IMG/VR virus record: IMGVR_UViG_3300028920_000001 | Coordinates: 248,001-312,000 of that record | Direction: 5' to 3' (one strand) | Length of the DNA stretch: 64,000 nt | Shown here: in pieces, positions 1 to 9,250 of the stretch | How the letters are laid out: every line of letters begins with the position of its first letter | Position numbering within the stretch: position 1 is the first letter of the stretch | The notes under the pieces: model-generated | The model's database searches: none | The model's input: only the letters and a program-made list of their open reading frames with translations | What the model was told of the DNA's origin: nothing | Program-made: the position numbers and the translations under genes

Positions 1-2
1 GG

Positions 3-308
3 AGACTACGAAAAAGAATAGTTAAGAAAAATCGTAAATCTCGATTTGTACCTTCAGATGCTATTATTGTTCCCCCTGATCATGAAATTTCGCCCATTAT
101 GCCGTCTGCTTATTTAAAGAACCTCCGTATAGTTTTTCTTTCTACTAGTCATGGCATTGGGATGACTTGTATCCTTCCTGATGAGCTCACTTCGTTTACA
201 ACTCCGCCTAAATCTGTTCATTGTATTAATGTCCATACCTTAAGTTCTAAGCGACTAGCACGATTCATAACTTATGATTGGATGGTGGAAGATATTATGG
301 AATCCTAG
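3..308 (+). CDS. Hypothetical protein, 5'-partial, with C-terminal VEDIMES motif
   Basis: Frame is open from the window edge (RLRKRIVKKNRKSRFVPS...) into ORF 99..308. Confidence 0.6.
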   Translation, partial: RLRKRIVKKNRKSRFVPSDAIIVPPDHEISPIMPSAYLKNLRIVFLSTSHGIGMTCILPDELTSFTTPPKSVHCINVHTLSSKRLARFITYDWMVEDIMES

Positions 309-781
309 CTATTCATCAAATCTTGAACTAAAGATAAATCAACAGCTTCTCTAATCTTTTCTTCTGATATTCCTCGTTGTTTGGCTATAGTAACTATCTC
401 AATTATATCTTCAATCAATGCGCTTTCCGGAATAGGTTCTCTTATGGCTTTCTCAGGGGAGCTAAAATACTCAAGATCACCCTCATATTGTATTTCTTTG
501 GATGTCACTCTAAAATTACTTCGAATTTGTCGATTGGAATGGGTTAGATTTTCTAATATGTGTCCTATATAATGGTTCATTTTGTCTGATTTAATATGAT
601 CAAAATAGGCAATAGGTCGTTTTGTACGAATCGCTTCTCGAATAAATCCGATAGCCAATAAAAATGTTCGTCCTTGACCCCGGTTCTTACTATTTAAAAG
701 CCAGTTGATAGTTCGAAGGTGACTTAATTGATCATCGTTAAGTCGAGCTACTAGGTCATAATAATATTGCCAACCACTCAT
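305..781 (-). CDS. Hypothetical protein with degenerate P-loop-like motif; ends VQDLMNS
   Basis: RGQGRT motif; leaderless-type GTAAACT-N6-ATG upstream. Confidence 0.65.
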   Translation of the reverse strand: MSGWQYYYDLVARLNDDQLSHLRTINWLLNSKNRGQGRTFLLAIGFIREAIRTKRPIAYFDHIKSDKMNHYIGHILENLTHSNRQIRSNFRVTSKEIQYEGDLEYFSSPEKAIREPIPESALIEDIIEIVTIAKQRGISEEKIREAVDLSLVQDLMNS

Positions 782-810
782 GTTTAGAGTTTACATTGGT
801 ATCATAAAAT
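782..810. promoter_or_regulatory. Back-to-back leaderless -10 promoters
   Basis: 29-bp gap holds GTAAACT-N6-ATG (minus) and GTATCAT-N5-ATG (plus). Confidence 0.65.
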
Positions 811-1938
811 ATGGTAGATGCTAGTAAAATTGGTTGGGGTCATTATCGAGAGTACGAAGGACCTTTTTTCAAGGGAAATGCCCCTTTTAAGTTTCCTGAA
901 GACCCATCTGAAAATCATAAGAGATTAGCAGTTATTACTGCTACTGAAGGTGGACGTTATAACGCCTATAATGGATATGATCGGTGTATTTGTTCACTTG
1001 GTTTGATTCAGTGGTGTGAGGCTAAGTATTATCTAGTTTCAACTATGCTTGGATATGTAGCTGATTTACACCCGGAGGCTCTTCAGCCTCTTCACACTCA
1101 TTTAGCTAAAATTAGAGCTGAATTCAAAAAGAATCATCGTGATCGTTATCGTTTCTTTTTCAAGGATGAACGGGGTGAAGTTGATCAGGGTCAAGAACAA
1201 AAGCAACTTTTCTTGTTAAACTCGAGTGGACTTCGAAATTCCTGGGATGAAGAATCAAAGTATTATGCTAAGCAAATGGCTTCGGTTCTAGCTTCAGTAT
1301 TTGAAGATAATAATGCTCAAAATGCTCAAGCAGTCTACACTGCTAAAAAATTGATTGGATTTGCTACCAAGCAAGCTCAACAAATTTTATTTGGTCATGA
1401 GCCTTCTGGGAAGGCTGAAGATTGGGTAGGAGCCGCTCAAGCTGCATATTTATCATATGCGGCTAATCTACCTGCTGTGGCATCTAAGCATATTATAAAA
1501 TATCAAGAACAAGCTGGTGACTTCCAACCAAATCAAGAATGGGTGGTTGGAATGTTGAAGCAACTCACTTTCGGGCCTAGTATTTCCATTTATCCACATC
1601 GATACAACGCTATTCGTCCAGTTCTCGAGAAGCTCTACAAAATCGATTTACCTGATTTTGCTAAAGAACTGAAGGAACAAGAAGACTTTCATGCTTCAAA
1701 AGTCGATATTGATATTGATGATGATTTTGATAAGTTAAAAGAACCTAAAGCAGTTCAAGAAGCACTTATTAGTCTGGGTTTTGATTTGGGTCCGCATGGA
1801 GCTGATGGAGTAATTGGTCGCAAAACACTTGCAGCTCTTATGGCTTTCCAACAACATCGTGGACTTAAAGTTGATGGAGTTATAGGATCAGATACTCGAA
1901 AGAAATTATGGGAAGCAATAACTGGTCGGTATTGTTAG
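811..1938 (+). CDS. Endolysin / peptidoglycan hydrolase with C-terminal PG-binding domain
   Basis: C-terminal VQEAL..LGF..GADGVIGRKT..AL..FQ...GL.VDGVIG is PG_binding_1-like; N-terminal TEGG..YD..SLGLIQW is lysozyme-like. Confidence 0.8.
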   Translation: MVDASKIGWGHYREYEGPFFKGNAPFKFPEDPSENHKRLAVITATEGGRYNAYNGYDRCICSLGLIQWCEAKYYLVSTMLGYVADLHPEALQPLHTHLAKIRAEFKKNHRDRYRFFFKDERGEVDQGQEQKQLFLLNSSGLRNSWDEESKYYAKQMASVLASVFEDNNAQNAQAVYTAKKLIGFATKQAQQILFGHEPSGKAEDWVGAAQAAYLSYAANLPAVASKHIIKYQEQAGDFQPNQEWVVGMLKQLTFGPSISIYPHRYNAIRPVLEKLYKIDLPDFAKELKEQEDFHASKVDIDIDDDFDKLKEPKAVQEALISLGFDLGPHGADGVIGRKTLAALMAFQQHRGLKVDGVIGSDTRKKLWEAITGRYC

Positions 1939-1941
1939 ATT

Positions 1942-2130
1942 ATGGTATTTGATTATCCCGATAAACCATTGAAGGAATTAACTGATGTTGAACTTTTGAA
2001 TTTATTAGATAAAGTTTCGGGTGAAGTTAAGATTAGAAATAGTCTAAAGTTAGAAGCTATTGGAAGAAATCCTCAAGAGGCTATCAAAACTGCTATAAAT
2101 ACGTTCATGGAGAATATGGATAAAAAATAA
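1942..2130 (+). CDS. Small hypothetical protein
   Basis: 62-aa ORF preceded by GTATTGT-N6-ATG. Confidence 0.6.
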   Translation: MVFDYPDKPLKELTDVELLNLLDKVSGEVKIRNSLKLEAIGRNPQEAIKTAINTFMENMDKK

Positions 2131-2150
2131 AAACGAACTAATTATCCTGA

Positions 2151-2702
2151 TTAGAATAGCCTCAGAGAATTTCTAGATTCTTCTTCATCATACTTTTGCT
2201 GAAGCCAAAAACGAAGATGAATAAGAGTTTCTTCCAATGCTGCAATAGTGTTTCTTAATTGGTTTGGGTTACAACTACTATCCCAATCAGTTAAGTGGAT
2301 ATAGAGATGTTTATGACTTTCAATAACACTCAATTTGACATCTAATGGAGGAACTCTCATCACTTGAATTCCATCATCCTCCAATTGTAGGTATTCCCAT
2401 TCTTCTTTATTTGAACCATCATAAGGAAAATGACAATAAGTAACTCTTTCGAGCTTCTCAGGTTGAGATCCACGATTAATTTTATTTACCTTAGCTATAC
2501 CGGAAAACGAAATCCAATCGCCGATTTGTAAGCCTGGATTTAATAAATCCTTAAGACGGTACGCTTTTTGATTTAAAGCACATTCAACAGTAACATGGTG
2601 ATTTGGTCCTTTTTGAGTTTCGTAACAAATTCTTCCTGTATCTGTCACATTAATAATCTTAGGATCCATATTACTACAATACAATGAAGCAGTTATTTTC
2701 AC
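2151..2702 (-). CDS. Hypothetical protein
   Basis: 183-aa ORF filling the gap. Confidence 0.55.
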   Translation of the reverse strand: MKITASLYCSNMDPKIINVTDTGRICYETQKGPNHHVTVECALNQKAYRLKDLLNPGLQIGDWISFSGIAKVNKINRGSQPEKLERVTYCHFPYDGSNKEEWEYLQLEDDGIQVMRVPPLDVKLSVIESHKHLYIHLTDWDSSCNPNQLRNTIAALEETLIHLRFWLQQKYDEEESRNSLRLF

Positions 2703-2758
2703 AAAAGGTTAAGTGTTCTAAGTGGTTGCGTTCTATTCGTCTATTAAGTGTAGATCAC

Positions 2759-2995
2759 ATGGCAACTATATTATGGGAATATGAACAGGGCGTATGTAGT
2801 GAATGCGGGTCCCATTCGCATTATGTGCGCAGGTATACAGACGGAAACAAACATAAGATTTTTTGTTTTGCCTGTTGGGACGCACACCAGAACGGTTGTA
2901 TAGTAAGTAGTAGAGAATGGAGAGAATCGGTCTCTTACATTTTCCGTCAGAGGCACAACTTTGGAACCACACAAGCCGCTTCCTGCCTCCATTAA
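2759..2995 (+). CDS. Small CxxC-CxxC zinc-finger protein
   Basis: CSECG...CFAC; start moved to internal ATG 2759 to avoid overlap. Confidence 0.5.
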   Translation: MATILWEYEQGVCSECGSHSHYVRRYTDGNKHKIFCFACWDAHQNGCIVSSREWRESVSYIFRQRHNFGTTQAASCLH

Positions 2996-3641
2996 GAAAT
3001 ATCAACTGTCACTGCAAGATAGCCCCAAAGAATATTTTAAGAAAGCTTATGCTTTCGTAAAGAAGTTTCATCGACAAGAACTGGATTTTATTCAGTCTAC
3101 TAAATTTGAAAAAGTCGATGAAGATTTCTTTTTTAAAGAGTATATTTGGGTTGTATATGCTTCCGGGTTTTCTGCTAAAGTTGTTAGCAAGATGCATCCT
3201 CGATTAGTTGATGCCTTTGGATATTTTGATCAATTAGCACAGAAAGAATTTGATGAAATCTTTGAAAAAGTGAAGCCGATTTGTAGAAATAAACAAAAAG
3301 CGAAATCGGTTTATAATATGGCTGTTTGGATGAGTTCTGAATTGGAGAAATTGTTGTGGGTTGAATTGAAAGATCAAAAATTAAATTCACCCGAAAAATT
3401 AATGAAACTGCCCTATATCGGTAAAATTACTTGTTATCATTTAGCACGCAACATTGGTTTACTCGAATTTGTAAAGCCTGATCTGCATTTAGTTAGAATG
3501 GCAGAACACTGGGGTTATGAGGACTGTATCAAATTATGCGAAGCAGTTCGACCTAAAAATATGTCGTTGGGGGTTGTGGATTTAATATTATGGTATGCTG
3601 CTTCTACTTTCGGCACTCTTGAAATTAAGACCTCTCGTTAA
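2961..3641 (+). CDS. HhH-GPD superfamily DNA glycosylase-like protein
   Basis: HhH motif LMKLPYIGKITC followed by VKPDLHL (catalytic Asp position). Confidence 0.7.
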   Translation: MEPHKPLPASIKKYQLSLQDSPKEYFKKAYAFVKKFHRQELDFIQSTKFEKVDEDFFFKEYIWVVYASGFSAKVVSKMHPRLVDAFGYFDQLAQKEFDEIFEKVKPICRNKQKAKSVYNMAVWMSSELEKLLWVELKDQKLNSPEKLMKLPYIGKITCYHLARNIGLLEFVKPDLHLVRMAEHWGYEDCIKLCEAVRPKNMSLGVVDLILWYAASTFGTLEIKTSR

Positions 3642-3792
3642 AATAAAGGACCGAAGGCGAAATCGAATAAAAGGATTTCAATATTTATTCTTTGTTCTGT
3701 TTCAGATTGTCGATTTAAGTCCTTTGAAATACGTTGATCTTCTTCTTTGCAGACTGTATAATATTCAGGTGGCATGCATTTATTAGATTCAT

Positions 3793-3978
3793 TCATAGAA
3801 GTCCCATTCCCTTGGCCCCACAGCGTTTGCATTCCGCCCATATTATTAATGGTTTTCCTGCCCCATTTTTCTTTTTTATAACTAAGTTATGGCCTATAAT
3901 ACGGCAAATCCAAAGTTTAGAAGGTTTGCCTAGATGTGATTGTTTAGCTTTGAATATGAGATTGGATTCTGCTTTCAA
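3793..3978 (-). CDS. Small Cys/His phage protein
   Basis: CRIIGH...CKRCG pattern; 4-bp overlap with the upstream gene. Confidence 0.55.
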   Translation of the reverse strand: MKAESNLIFKAKQSHLGKPSKLWICRIIGHNLVIKKKNGAGKPLIIWAECKRCGAKGMGLL

Positions 3979-4331
3979 CTAGTACCACCATAGCTGTTAA
4001 TCAAGAAAGTTGACATTAACCAGAGACAGTTGTCACCGGACTCAGTATCTACTGCTATTGTCCAAAAGTTTTTGACATGTGGAATATCTGAAATCGGTGC
4101 TGGGTCTAAAATATCTGTAAAGTCTTCAATCAAATCAGTTTCTTTAAGAAATTCTAATCTAGGTCCAGTTCCAATATTAACATCATCTTTATTTCGAACT
4201 AAAAATACTACGATATCATCAGTTGGACCATCTTCAATTCCATTACGCCAGGCTTCAACTATTTCCTGTTCATTTTCTTTAACTAATTGTTCCAGGATCT
4301 CTTCGGATTTGCTTTCAATCGTTAAGACCAT
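3975..4331 (-). CDS. Acidic hypothetical protein
   Basis: 118-aa ORF; GTAATAT-N5-ATG upstream. Confidence 0.65.
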   Translation of the reverse strand: MVLTIESKSEEILEQLVKENEQEIVEAWRNGIEDGPTDDIVVFLVRNKDDVNIGTGPRLEFLKETDLIEDFTDILDPAPISDIPHVKNFWTIAVDTESGDNCLWLMSTFLINSYGGTS

Positions 4332-4348
4332 AACTAATATTACATTTG

Positions 4349-4403
4349 AAAAGCTATCGCCCCCTTAGGTTGGGGATTAGGGATACCTAAGGGGGCGAAT
4401 AGC
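4349..4403 (-). terminator. Intrinsic terminator
   Basis: Stem cgcccccttaggt/acctaagggggcg followed by TTTT on the minus strand, downstream of 4453..4953. Confidence 0.65.
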
Positions 4404-4452
4404 AAAAGGCATGCCCTCTAGTTTCTGTGAATATCAAGACTTCATCACTTCA

Positions 4453-4953
4453 TCATGAATTCATAATTTTTCTTACCATCTTTAATTTGCTTTTTTCTAT
4501 TTTCTTAGCGTAGAAATGGTAATAATGAGGAAGATGAATTTCAAATTCTGACTGTTCATCTTTAATTGCGTTTTCAATTTCAAGAAAATGTAATATATTC
4601 TCTATAAACGAATTGCAAATAGTACCATTAATTTCGCCGTGATAAAGGGCTTCCAACATTTCTGCTATATAGAGTCCGACTGAACTCTCTATTTCAATTG
4701 AACGATTGTCTTGATCATTTGAAAAGATATAATTCGATAATTTGGTTTTGTTCCAATTTAGCTTCCAATTTACTCTATAATGTTGAATCGTGATTTTCCT
4801 ATTTGATAAAGTGTCTGTTTCCTCTATTTGAAAACAAATAGAGGTTATACTATTACCCCATGCTTTAATAGTTTTATATTTCAAATTGTTGGGTTTGACC
4901 ATTTTTGGTTCTGATCTCCCAACTAGATAATATGCTGATTGTTGTTCAAACAT
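4453..4953 (-). CDS. Hypothetical protein; ends VRKIMNS
   Basis: 166-aa ORF with the shared C-terminal motif. Confidence 0.6.
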   Translation of the reverse strand: MFEQQSAYYLVGRSEPKMVKPNNLKYKTIKAWGNSITSICFQIEETDTLSNRKITIQHYRVNWKLNWNKTKLSNYIFSNDQDNRSIEIESSVGLYIAEMLEALYHGEINGTICNSFIENILHFLEIENAIKDEQSEFEIHLPHYYHFYAKKIEKSKLKMVRKIMNS

Positions 4954-5128
4954 TAGACTTTCGAGCCCAGCTTAGTATGTTTTGTAATGCTGGTAAATAA
5001 ATTATACATCCAACTAGAACAATGATTGAACCTACCCAACTGGTCCAAAATTTATAATAAGACATCCAGGTAAACCAAACAGAAAAAAGAAGAACACAAA
5101 TACTGAAAATAAATACCCGCCAAGTCAT
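4946..5128 (-). CDS. Small membrane protein with two TM segments
   Basis: Two hydrophobic stretches in 60 aa. Confidence 0.55.
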   Translation of the reverse strand: MTWRVFIFSICVLLFSVWFTWMSYYKFWTSWVGSIIVLVGCIIYLPALQNILSWARKSNV

Positions 5129-5161
5129 ATTGAAAATGGATTTTTAAAATCTTATATAAGT

Positions 5162-5395
5162 GTGACTTTCAGACTTGATTGGATTCCAATTTGTGTGTCG
5201 AAGCCTCTTCGTATCTTTACTTTATATTATGGACAACGATACCTTGGGTGTATCACACGTCGATCTGATGAGCTTTTCTGGAAGGCCATACCATATAAGA
5301 TTGGCAGGAAGTCTAAAGTATTGTGTAAAGGTAGTTATAACCAGGTTGTTCGTGAGCTCGAGAATTGGGTAAGACTAAATCTCGATTTGGAGTAA
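5162..5395 (+). CDS. Hypothetical protein
   Basis: 77-aa ORF. Confidence 0.5.
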   Translation: MTFRLDWIPICVSKPLRIFTLYYGQRYLGCITRRSDELFWKAIPYKIGRKSKVLCKGSYNQVVRELENWVRLNLDLE

Positions 5396-5404
5396 AGTTT
5401 AGGT

Positions 5405-5746
5405 ATGAATAATTTAGATATGGTTTGTAGTAAATGCAAAATAGCAGAATGTTGTCCTAAGAAGGGGTCCAGTCCATTAGTTATACCTGGCAAAAAACCA
5501 GAAATGTGCCAGTTAGTTAACGGGTATGGGCGAGATCCGATTTCAGATGATAAATTATCTGAAGAATCTAAACAACTTGTAGATAAACAAGGAAGATGTC
5601 TATCTATTGCTGAAATTCCTGTTTTAGATGAACATACTGGAAAAATCTATCGCGAAATAGTCAAGATCTTTCATCAGCCTATTCTTCATCCACGTGAAAA
5701 AACTAATTGGCAATTAGATATGATATACCCAAGAAGTCATCGATGA
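5405..5746 (+). CDS. Cys-rich hypothetical protein
   Basis: CSKCKIAECC; GTAAAGT-N6-ATG upstream. Confidence 0.6.
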   Translation: MNNLDMVCSKCKIAECCPKKGSSPLVIPGKKPEMCQLVNGYGRDPISDDKLSEESKQLVDKQGRCLSIAEIPVLDEHTGKIYREIVKIFHQPILHPREKTNWQLDMIYPRSHR

Positions 5747-7089
5747 TCACCAATAGTATCAGGTTTCACTGCTCGACACCATTGCATTAATGATGGCCAC
5801 CGGTCTTTTGCTAGTTCATACATTTGATATGCAATTTTACGATATGAAATATGTCCCTGTGGTTGAGTTCGCAATTCTACAATATAATATAATTCCTTAA
5901 GATCCACTTGAAATTGAGATCTATGGAGATAACCCAATGGTATTATATATTGTATTAAATCTGTATCATAAATAACATTTTCATCTATATATTGGGCAGC
6001 TTGAATCATGATTTCATTATATTCATTATTTAATTCAGGATTTTCTGCAATATCCACTGGAGTGCAATATCCATAATTAGTAGATAATGGTTCAATATAT
6101 TGTTCACATCTTCGGTGTCTTTGTAAATCTCTGAATGCGCCATAATCCATCATGATTTCATAAGTGATTTTAATAGTTTTGAATATATCAGGAACTTCAA
6201 ACATGGATGGTCTTTGATTCATGCAATTTTTAAATTCTTCCCAACTCATATAATGCCAAGATGCAACCAAAGATTCAAATGCAGTTTGTTCTAAATCAGG
6301 ATCAGGTAATAAATATGGTCGCGAAATTTTTACATATGGAGATGGATGATCTGCAATGAATTCATCCCCTAATGATCCGAGATTTTTGATTGGAAACTGG
6401 AATTCATTTGGTTCAACATGTTTCATGAGTACAGGGACTACATTTTGTACTGCGGTCAATAATTTTTGTCCAATATGTTGGAATTCTGGATTAGTGTGAC
6501 TTAATAATTCAACAGTTAAATTTCGAATATCCCTGAGGTTTGCGACAGCTGCTAAATTAGTACCGGTTCCAGCAGGTAAAATATATCGAACATTATCAAA
6601 AGCTCGAGCTTTAACTATAGGGTCTTTTAATGTTGCAGGATCATCAGGGTCTTTCTCCATCTTTATAGCACATTCTCTTAATACTTTAGGATATAATCTA
6701 TCATAGGCATCATAAAATCTAGATACAAATTGGAGCATAGATGCAGATGCACCTGGTGGAGTAATGAATGATTCTTTGGAAAATTTTTGATATCTAGTAC
6801 TCTTTTCTGAATATCCGGGTCTTTGGAGTTTTTCAAGAATTTTAGATGCAATAATTGATACCCCTTCAAAGCAAATGGGTAAATTAGCTAATTCTGCTAC
6901 TGAGGAATGATTGTATTTAATTACCCACTTTTCATGAAATTTATCTGCCTCTTCCTTTGATAATTTAGCTAAAATCTCACGAGCTGAAAGAGGCGATCTC
7001 GAATACTTTGCTAGTACAGTTGCTTGTACGGCTGGATCAAGTAATCTACCATCTTGATCGGCCAAACAAAAGATATCAGCTGGAATCAT
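5737..7089 (-). CDS. thyX: Flavin-dependent thymidylate synthase, tandem-domain type
   Basis: HSSVAE, EKSTRY, ARAFDNVRYILP, RDLQRHR, ELRT..QGH motifs; start moved to ATG 7089, which has a GGAG SD. Confidence 0.85.
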   Translation of the reverse strand: MIPADIFCLADQDGRLLDPAVQATVLAKYSRSPLSAREILAKLSKEEADKFHEKWVIKYNHSSVAELANLPICFEGVSIIASKILEKLQRPGYSEKSTRYQKFSKESFITPPGASASMLQFVSRFYDAYDRLYPKVLRECAIKMEKDPDDPATLKDPIVKARAFDNVRYILPAGTGTNLAAVANLRDIRNLTVELLSHTNPEFQHIGQKLLTAVQNVVPVLMKHVEPNEFQFPIKNLGSLGDEFIADHPSPYVKISRPYLLPDPDLEQTAFESLVASWHYMSWEEFKNCMNQRPSMFEVPDIFKTIKITYEIMMDYGAFRDLQRHRRCEQYIEPLSTNYGYCTPVDIAENPELNNEYNEIMIQAAQYIDENVIYDTDLIQYIIPLGYLHRSQFQVDLKELYYIVELRTQPQGHISYRKIAYQMYELAKDRWPSLMQWCRAVKPDTIGDHR

Positions 7090-7099
7090 CGGAGCTCCT

Positions 7100-7738
7100 G
7101 TGGATATGGATGCACAATCCAAACTAAACTTACAGCAAAAAGTTTCTCAAATACAGCATTACTGGTTTGAATCACTGCATAAGCAATCTGCTAGAGTAAG
7201 CCAAGTACGAAGATATGATAAGGGCAAATCTAAGTATATCTTATTTAAAAAACCAATTAAGAAGAATATGCCTGAGGATTTCAGGCCATGGCAGAGTATG
7301 TTATCTCCATCTGCTTTATATAATTGTTCACTTAAATGCCGAAAGGCAATGGGAATCTCTACTCCTGAAGTAAAATGGGTTAGTATTAAAAGATGGGTTA
7401 CTACTACCCCGAGTGGAATTGACTTACCTGAAGGAGTATATTATTCAATCAAACGACACGAAGAATTTGATGCTTCAACAGATCCACCTAAATTCATCAA
7501 AACTCAATATATCTTATTAATGTTTCCTTATGGGAATGTATGGAGTCAAATTGAAAAAAATATACCTATTACTGAGGATTGGATGTTTACTGAACATGAG
7601 AATACGTTAATGCTTGAACATTTAATGCGTAAAGATGCTGCATATCCATTGGACGGATATTTTGGTCGTGTATATGAATATTTAATTAATAATGAAGATC
7701 AAATTGGAATCCATTTAAAGCGAAAGAAAAACAAATAA
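7100..7738 (+). CDS. Hypothetical protein (start uncertain)
   Basis: 212-aa ORF divergent from thyX. Confidence 0.5.
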   Translation: MDMDAQSKLNLQQKVSQIQHYWFESLHKQSARVSQVRRYDKGKSKYILFKKPIKKNMPEDFRPWQSMLSPSALYNCSLKCRKAMGISTPEVKWVSIKRWVTTTPSGIDLPEGVYYSIKRHEEFDASTDPPKFIKTQYILLMFPYGNVWSQIEKNIPITEDWMFTEHENTLMLEHLMRKDAAYPLDGYFGRVYEYLINNEDQIGIHLKRKKNK

Positions 7739-7987
7739 TTATCTAATTTGAATCCATGAGATAGTTTTAAGAATTCTAATTTGTTCTTCTAATTTAAGTC
7801 TAATGTCTTTATCATGACTCTTAGGTAATTTAATTTTTGCCTGTGGGGCTCCATTAGATTCTATTTCAAATTCAATATTTTCAATAAACCCTATTTGTTC
7901 GGTACCAACATAGACGGTGCACCCTCGAGTGCTTATACACACTGTGAGTACACCGTCTCCGAAAACTTTAGGATTATCGAAACTCAC
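7739..7987 (-). CDS. Small hypothetical protein coupled to the purZ-like gene
   Basis: 4-bp ATGA overlap with the stop of 7984..9204. Confidence 0.6.
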   Translation of the reverse strand: MSFDNPKVFGDGVLTVCISTRGCTVYVGTEQIGFIENIEFEIESNGAPQAKIKLPKSHDKDIRLKLEEQIRILKTISWIQIR

Positions 7988-9204
7988 AGCAGGCTGATAA
8001 TATCCTCATGGTCAGCACCGGTTCCGATCAAAACAACCGGTACTTGGGCAATCTCCTCGACTTTATCGATAAATTGACGAGTTTCTGAAGAAAGCTTTTC
8101 TAAAGCCTCTTTTCCGCCACGAATTCCATGGTCTTGCCAATTGAGATACTGAACAAAATTAACTGAAATTTTAGTGACTCCGTTGGTGCGGACCGCATCT
8201 TGTAAGCCAATCCAGGAAAAAGTAGCAACACGACGAATGCGTTTAGTTACTGTCGTTCGTTCACGCTCAGCCAAAATTTTCTTTTCTTCTTCTGGCATTC
8301 CGGCTTGATCAGCTACCTGTTCCCAGGTGAGTTCTTTGCAATCAGGATAAAAATCTCCGGAGTATCCTTTTTGCTTTCCTTCTTCAATCACGTTCCCGAC
8401 TCGGATCGGCACAGTACGGAGATTCATATAGACATCTCCAATCATAGAAGGTGGTATAGCCATATGATCCATAGCTGCCTGTAAGGTGCAATTTCGAGAA
8501 GTGCAATATGGATAATGAGAACCATGATCAATGCTGAGGGCATATCCTTGGCTTCCCTCATGTAGCCAGGTATGCCCTTCGTTTATAATATTGTGAGTTA
8601 AATTACGAAATTCGAAAGCATCTACAACCTTGACTTGTTCACAAAATTCATTAGGCATCCCATCAAGCCACATACTGGTTTCTTCATCAGTATTGATCAA
8701 ATGACGGACAGCATCTAGAACAGGATCACCACCATCACTACTGCTCCTGGCTAGAATAACATCTGGCTTTCGCATGATGCGGTCAGTGATAGCTGCTGCA
8801 GTACCTTGCATAGTCGAAGCCACATGCTTGGTGGAATTGGCGCCAGATTCTTCCCTTTTCTTATGTTCATCTGTAACGATGCTAGTGCGATCATGAATGA
8901 AAATCTTTGGCCTATTTGCTTGATCCCATTCTTTGATCAATTGTTTCCAAAAGAAACCAGAACCGGGCGAGACGAAACACTTAATATCGACGCCCTTAAC
9001 CTTCTTCAAAATAGCGGCAGTAGGCAAAGCCTTGGCTACAAATTTAGTTCCATCTTGGAAAGCAGCTGTATGTCCAGCATTAGGATAGTTTGAAGAAGAA
9101 ACATTTACAATTCCAAACTTATCAGCTAACCAAGCTGAAATTTTTCCTTTTCCACTAGATCCCCATGCCTGATCGATAAGACAATTAAACTTTCCTGTTT
9201 CCAT
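7984..9204 (-). CDS. purZ: Adenylosuccinate synthetase homologue, PurZ type
   Basis: WGSSGKG (Ser where PurA has catalytic Asp), PNAGHT, STMQG, EGSQG, YPYCTSR, PIRVGN, ELTWEQ, TTVTKRIRRV, NFVQYL. Family is clear; PurZ versus PurA is inferred from residues. Confidence 0.75.
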   Translation of the reverse strand: METGKFNCLIDQAWGSSGKGKISAWLADKFGIVNVSSSNYPNAGHTAAFQDGTKFVAKALPTAAILKKVKGVDIKCFVSPGSGFFWKQLIKEWDQANRPKIFIHDRTSIVTDEHKKREESGANSTKHVASTMQGTAAAITDRIMRKPDVILARSSSDGGDPVLDAVRHLINTDEETSMWLDGMPNEFCEQVKVVDAFEFRNLTHNIINEGHTWLHEGSQGYALSIDHGSHYPYCTSRNCTLQAAMDHMAIPPSMIGDVYMNLRTVPIRVGNVIEEGKQKGYSGDFYPDCKELTWEQVADQAGMPEEEKKILAERERTTVTKRIRRVATFSWIGLQDAVRTNGVTKISVNFVQYLNWQDHGIRGGKEALEKLSSETRQFIDKVEEIAQVPVVLIGTGADHEDIISLL

Positions 9205-9250
9205 GGCGGCCCTTTCTTAATTTATTTTACACAAGAAAAAACTTTGTAGG

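Noticed and set aside
305-781. Second terminase or helicase
   Set aside because: Only a degenerate P-loop in 158 aa, with no supporting motifs.
4946-5128. Holin
   Set aside because: Two TM segments alone are not enough; it is 3 kb from the endolysin and on the opposite strand.
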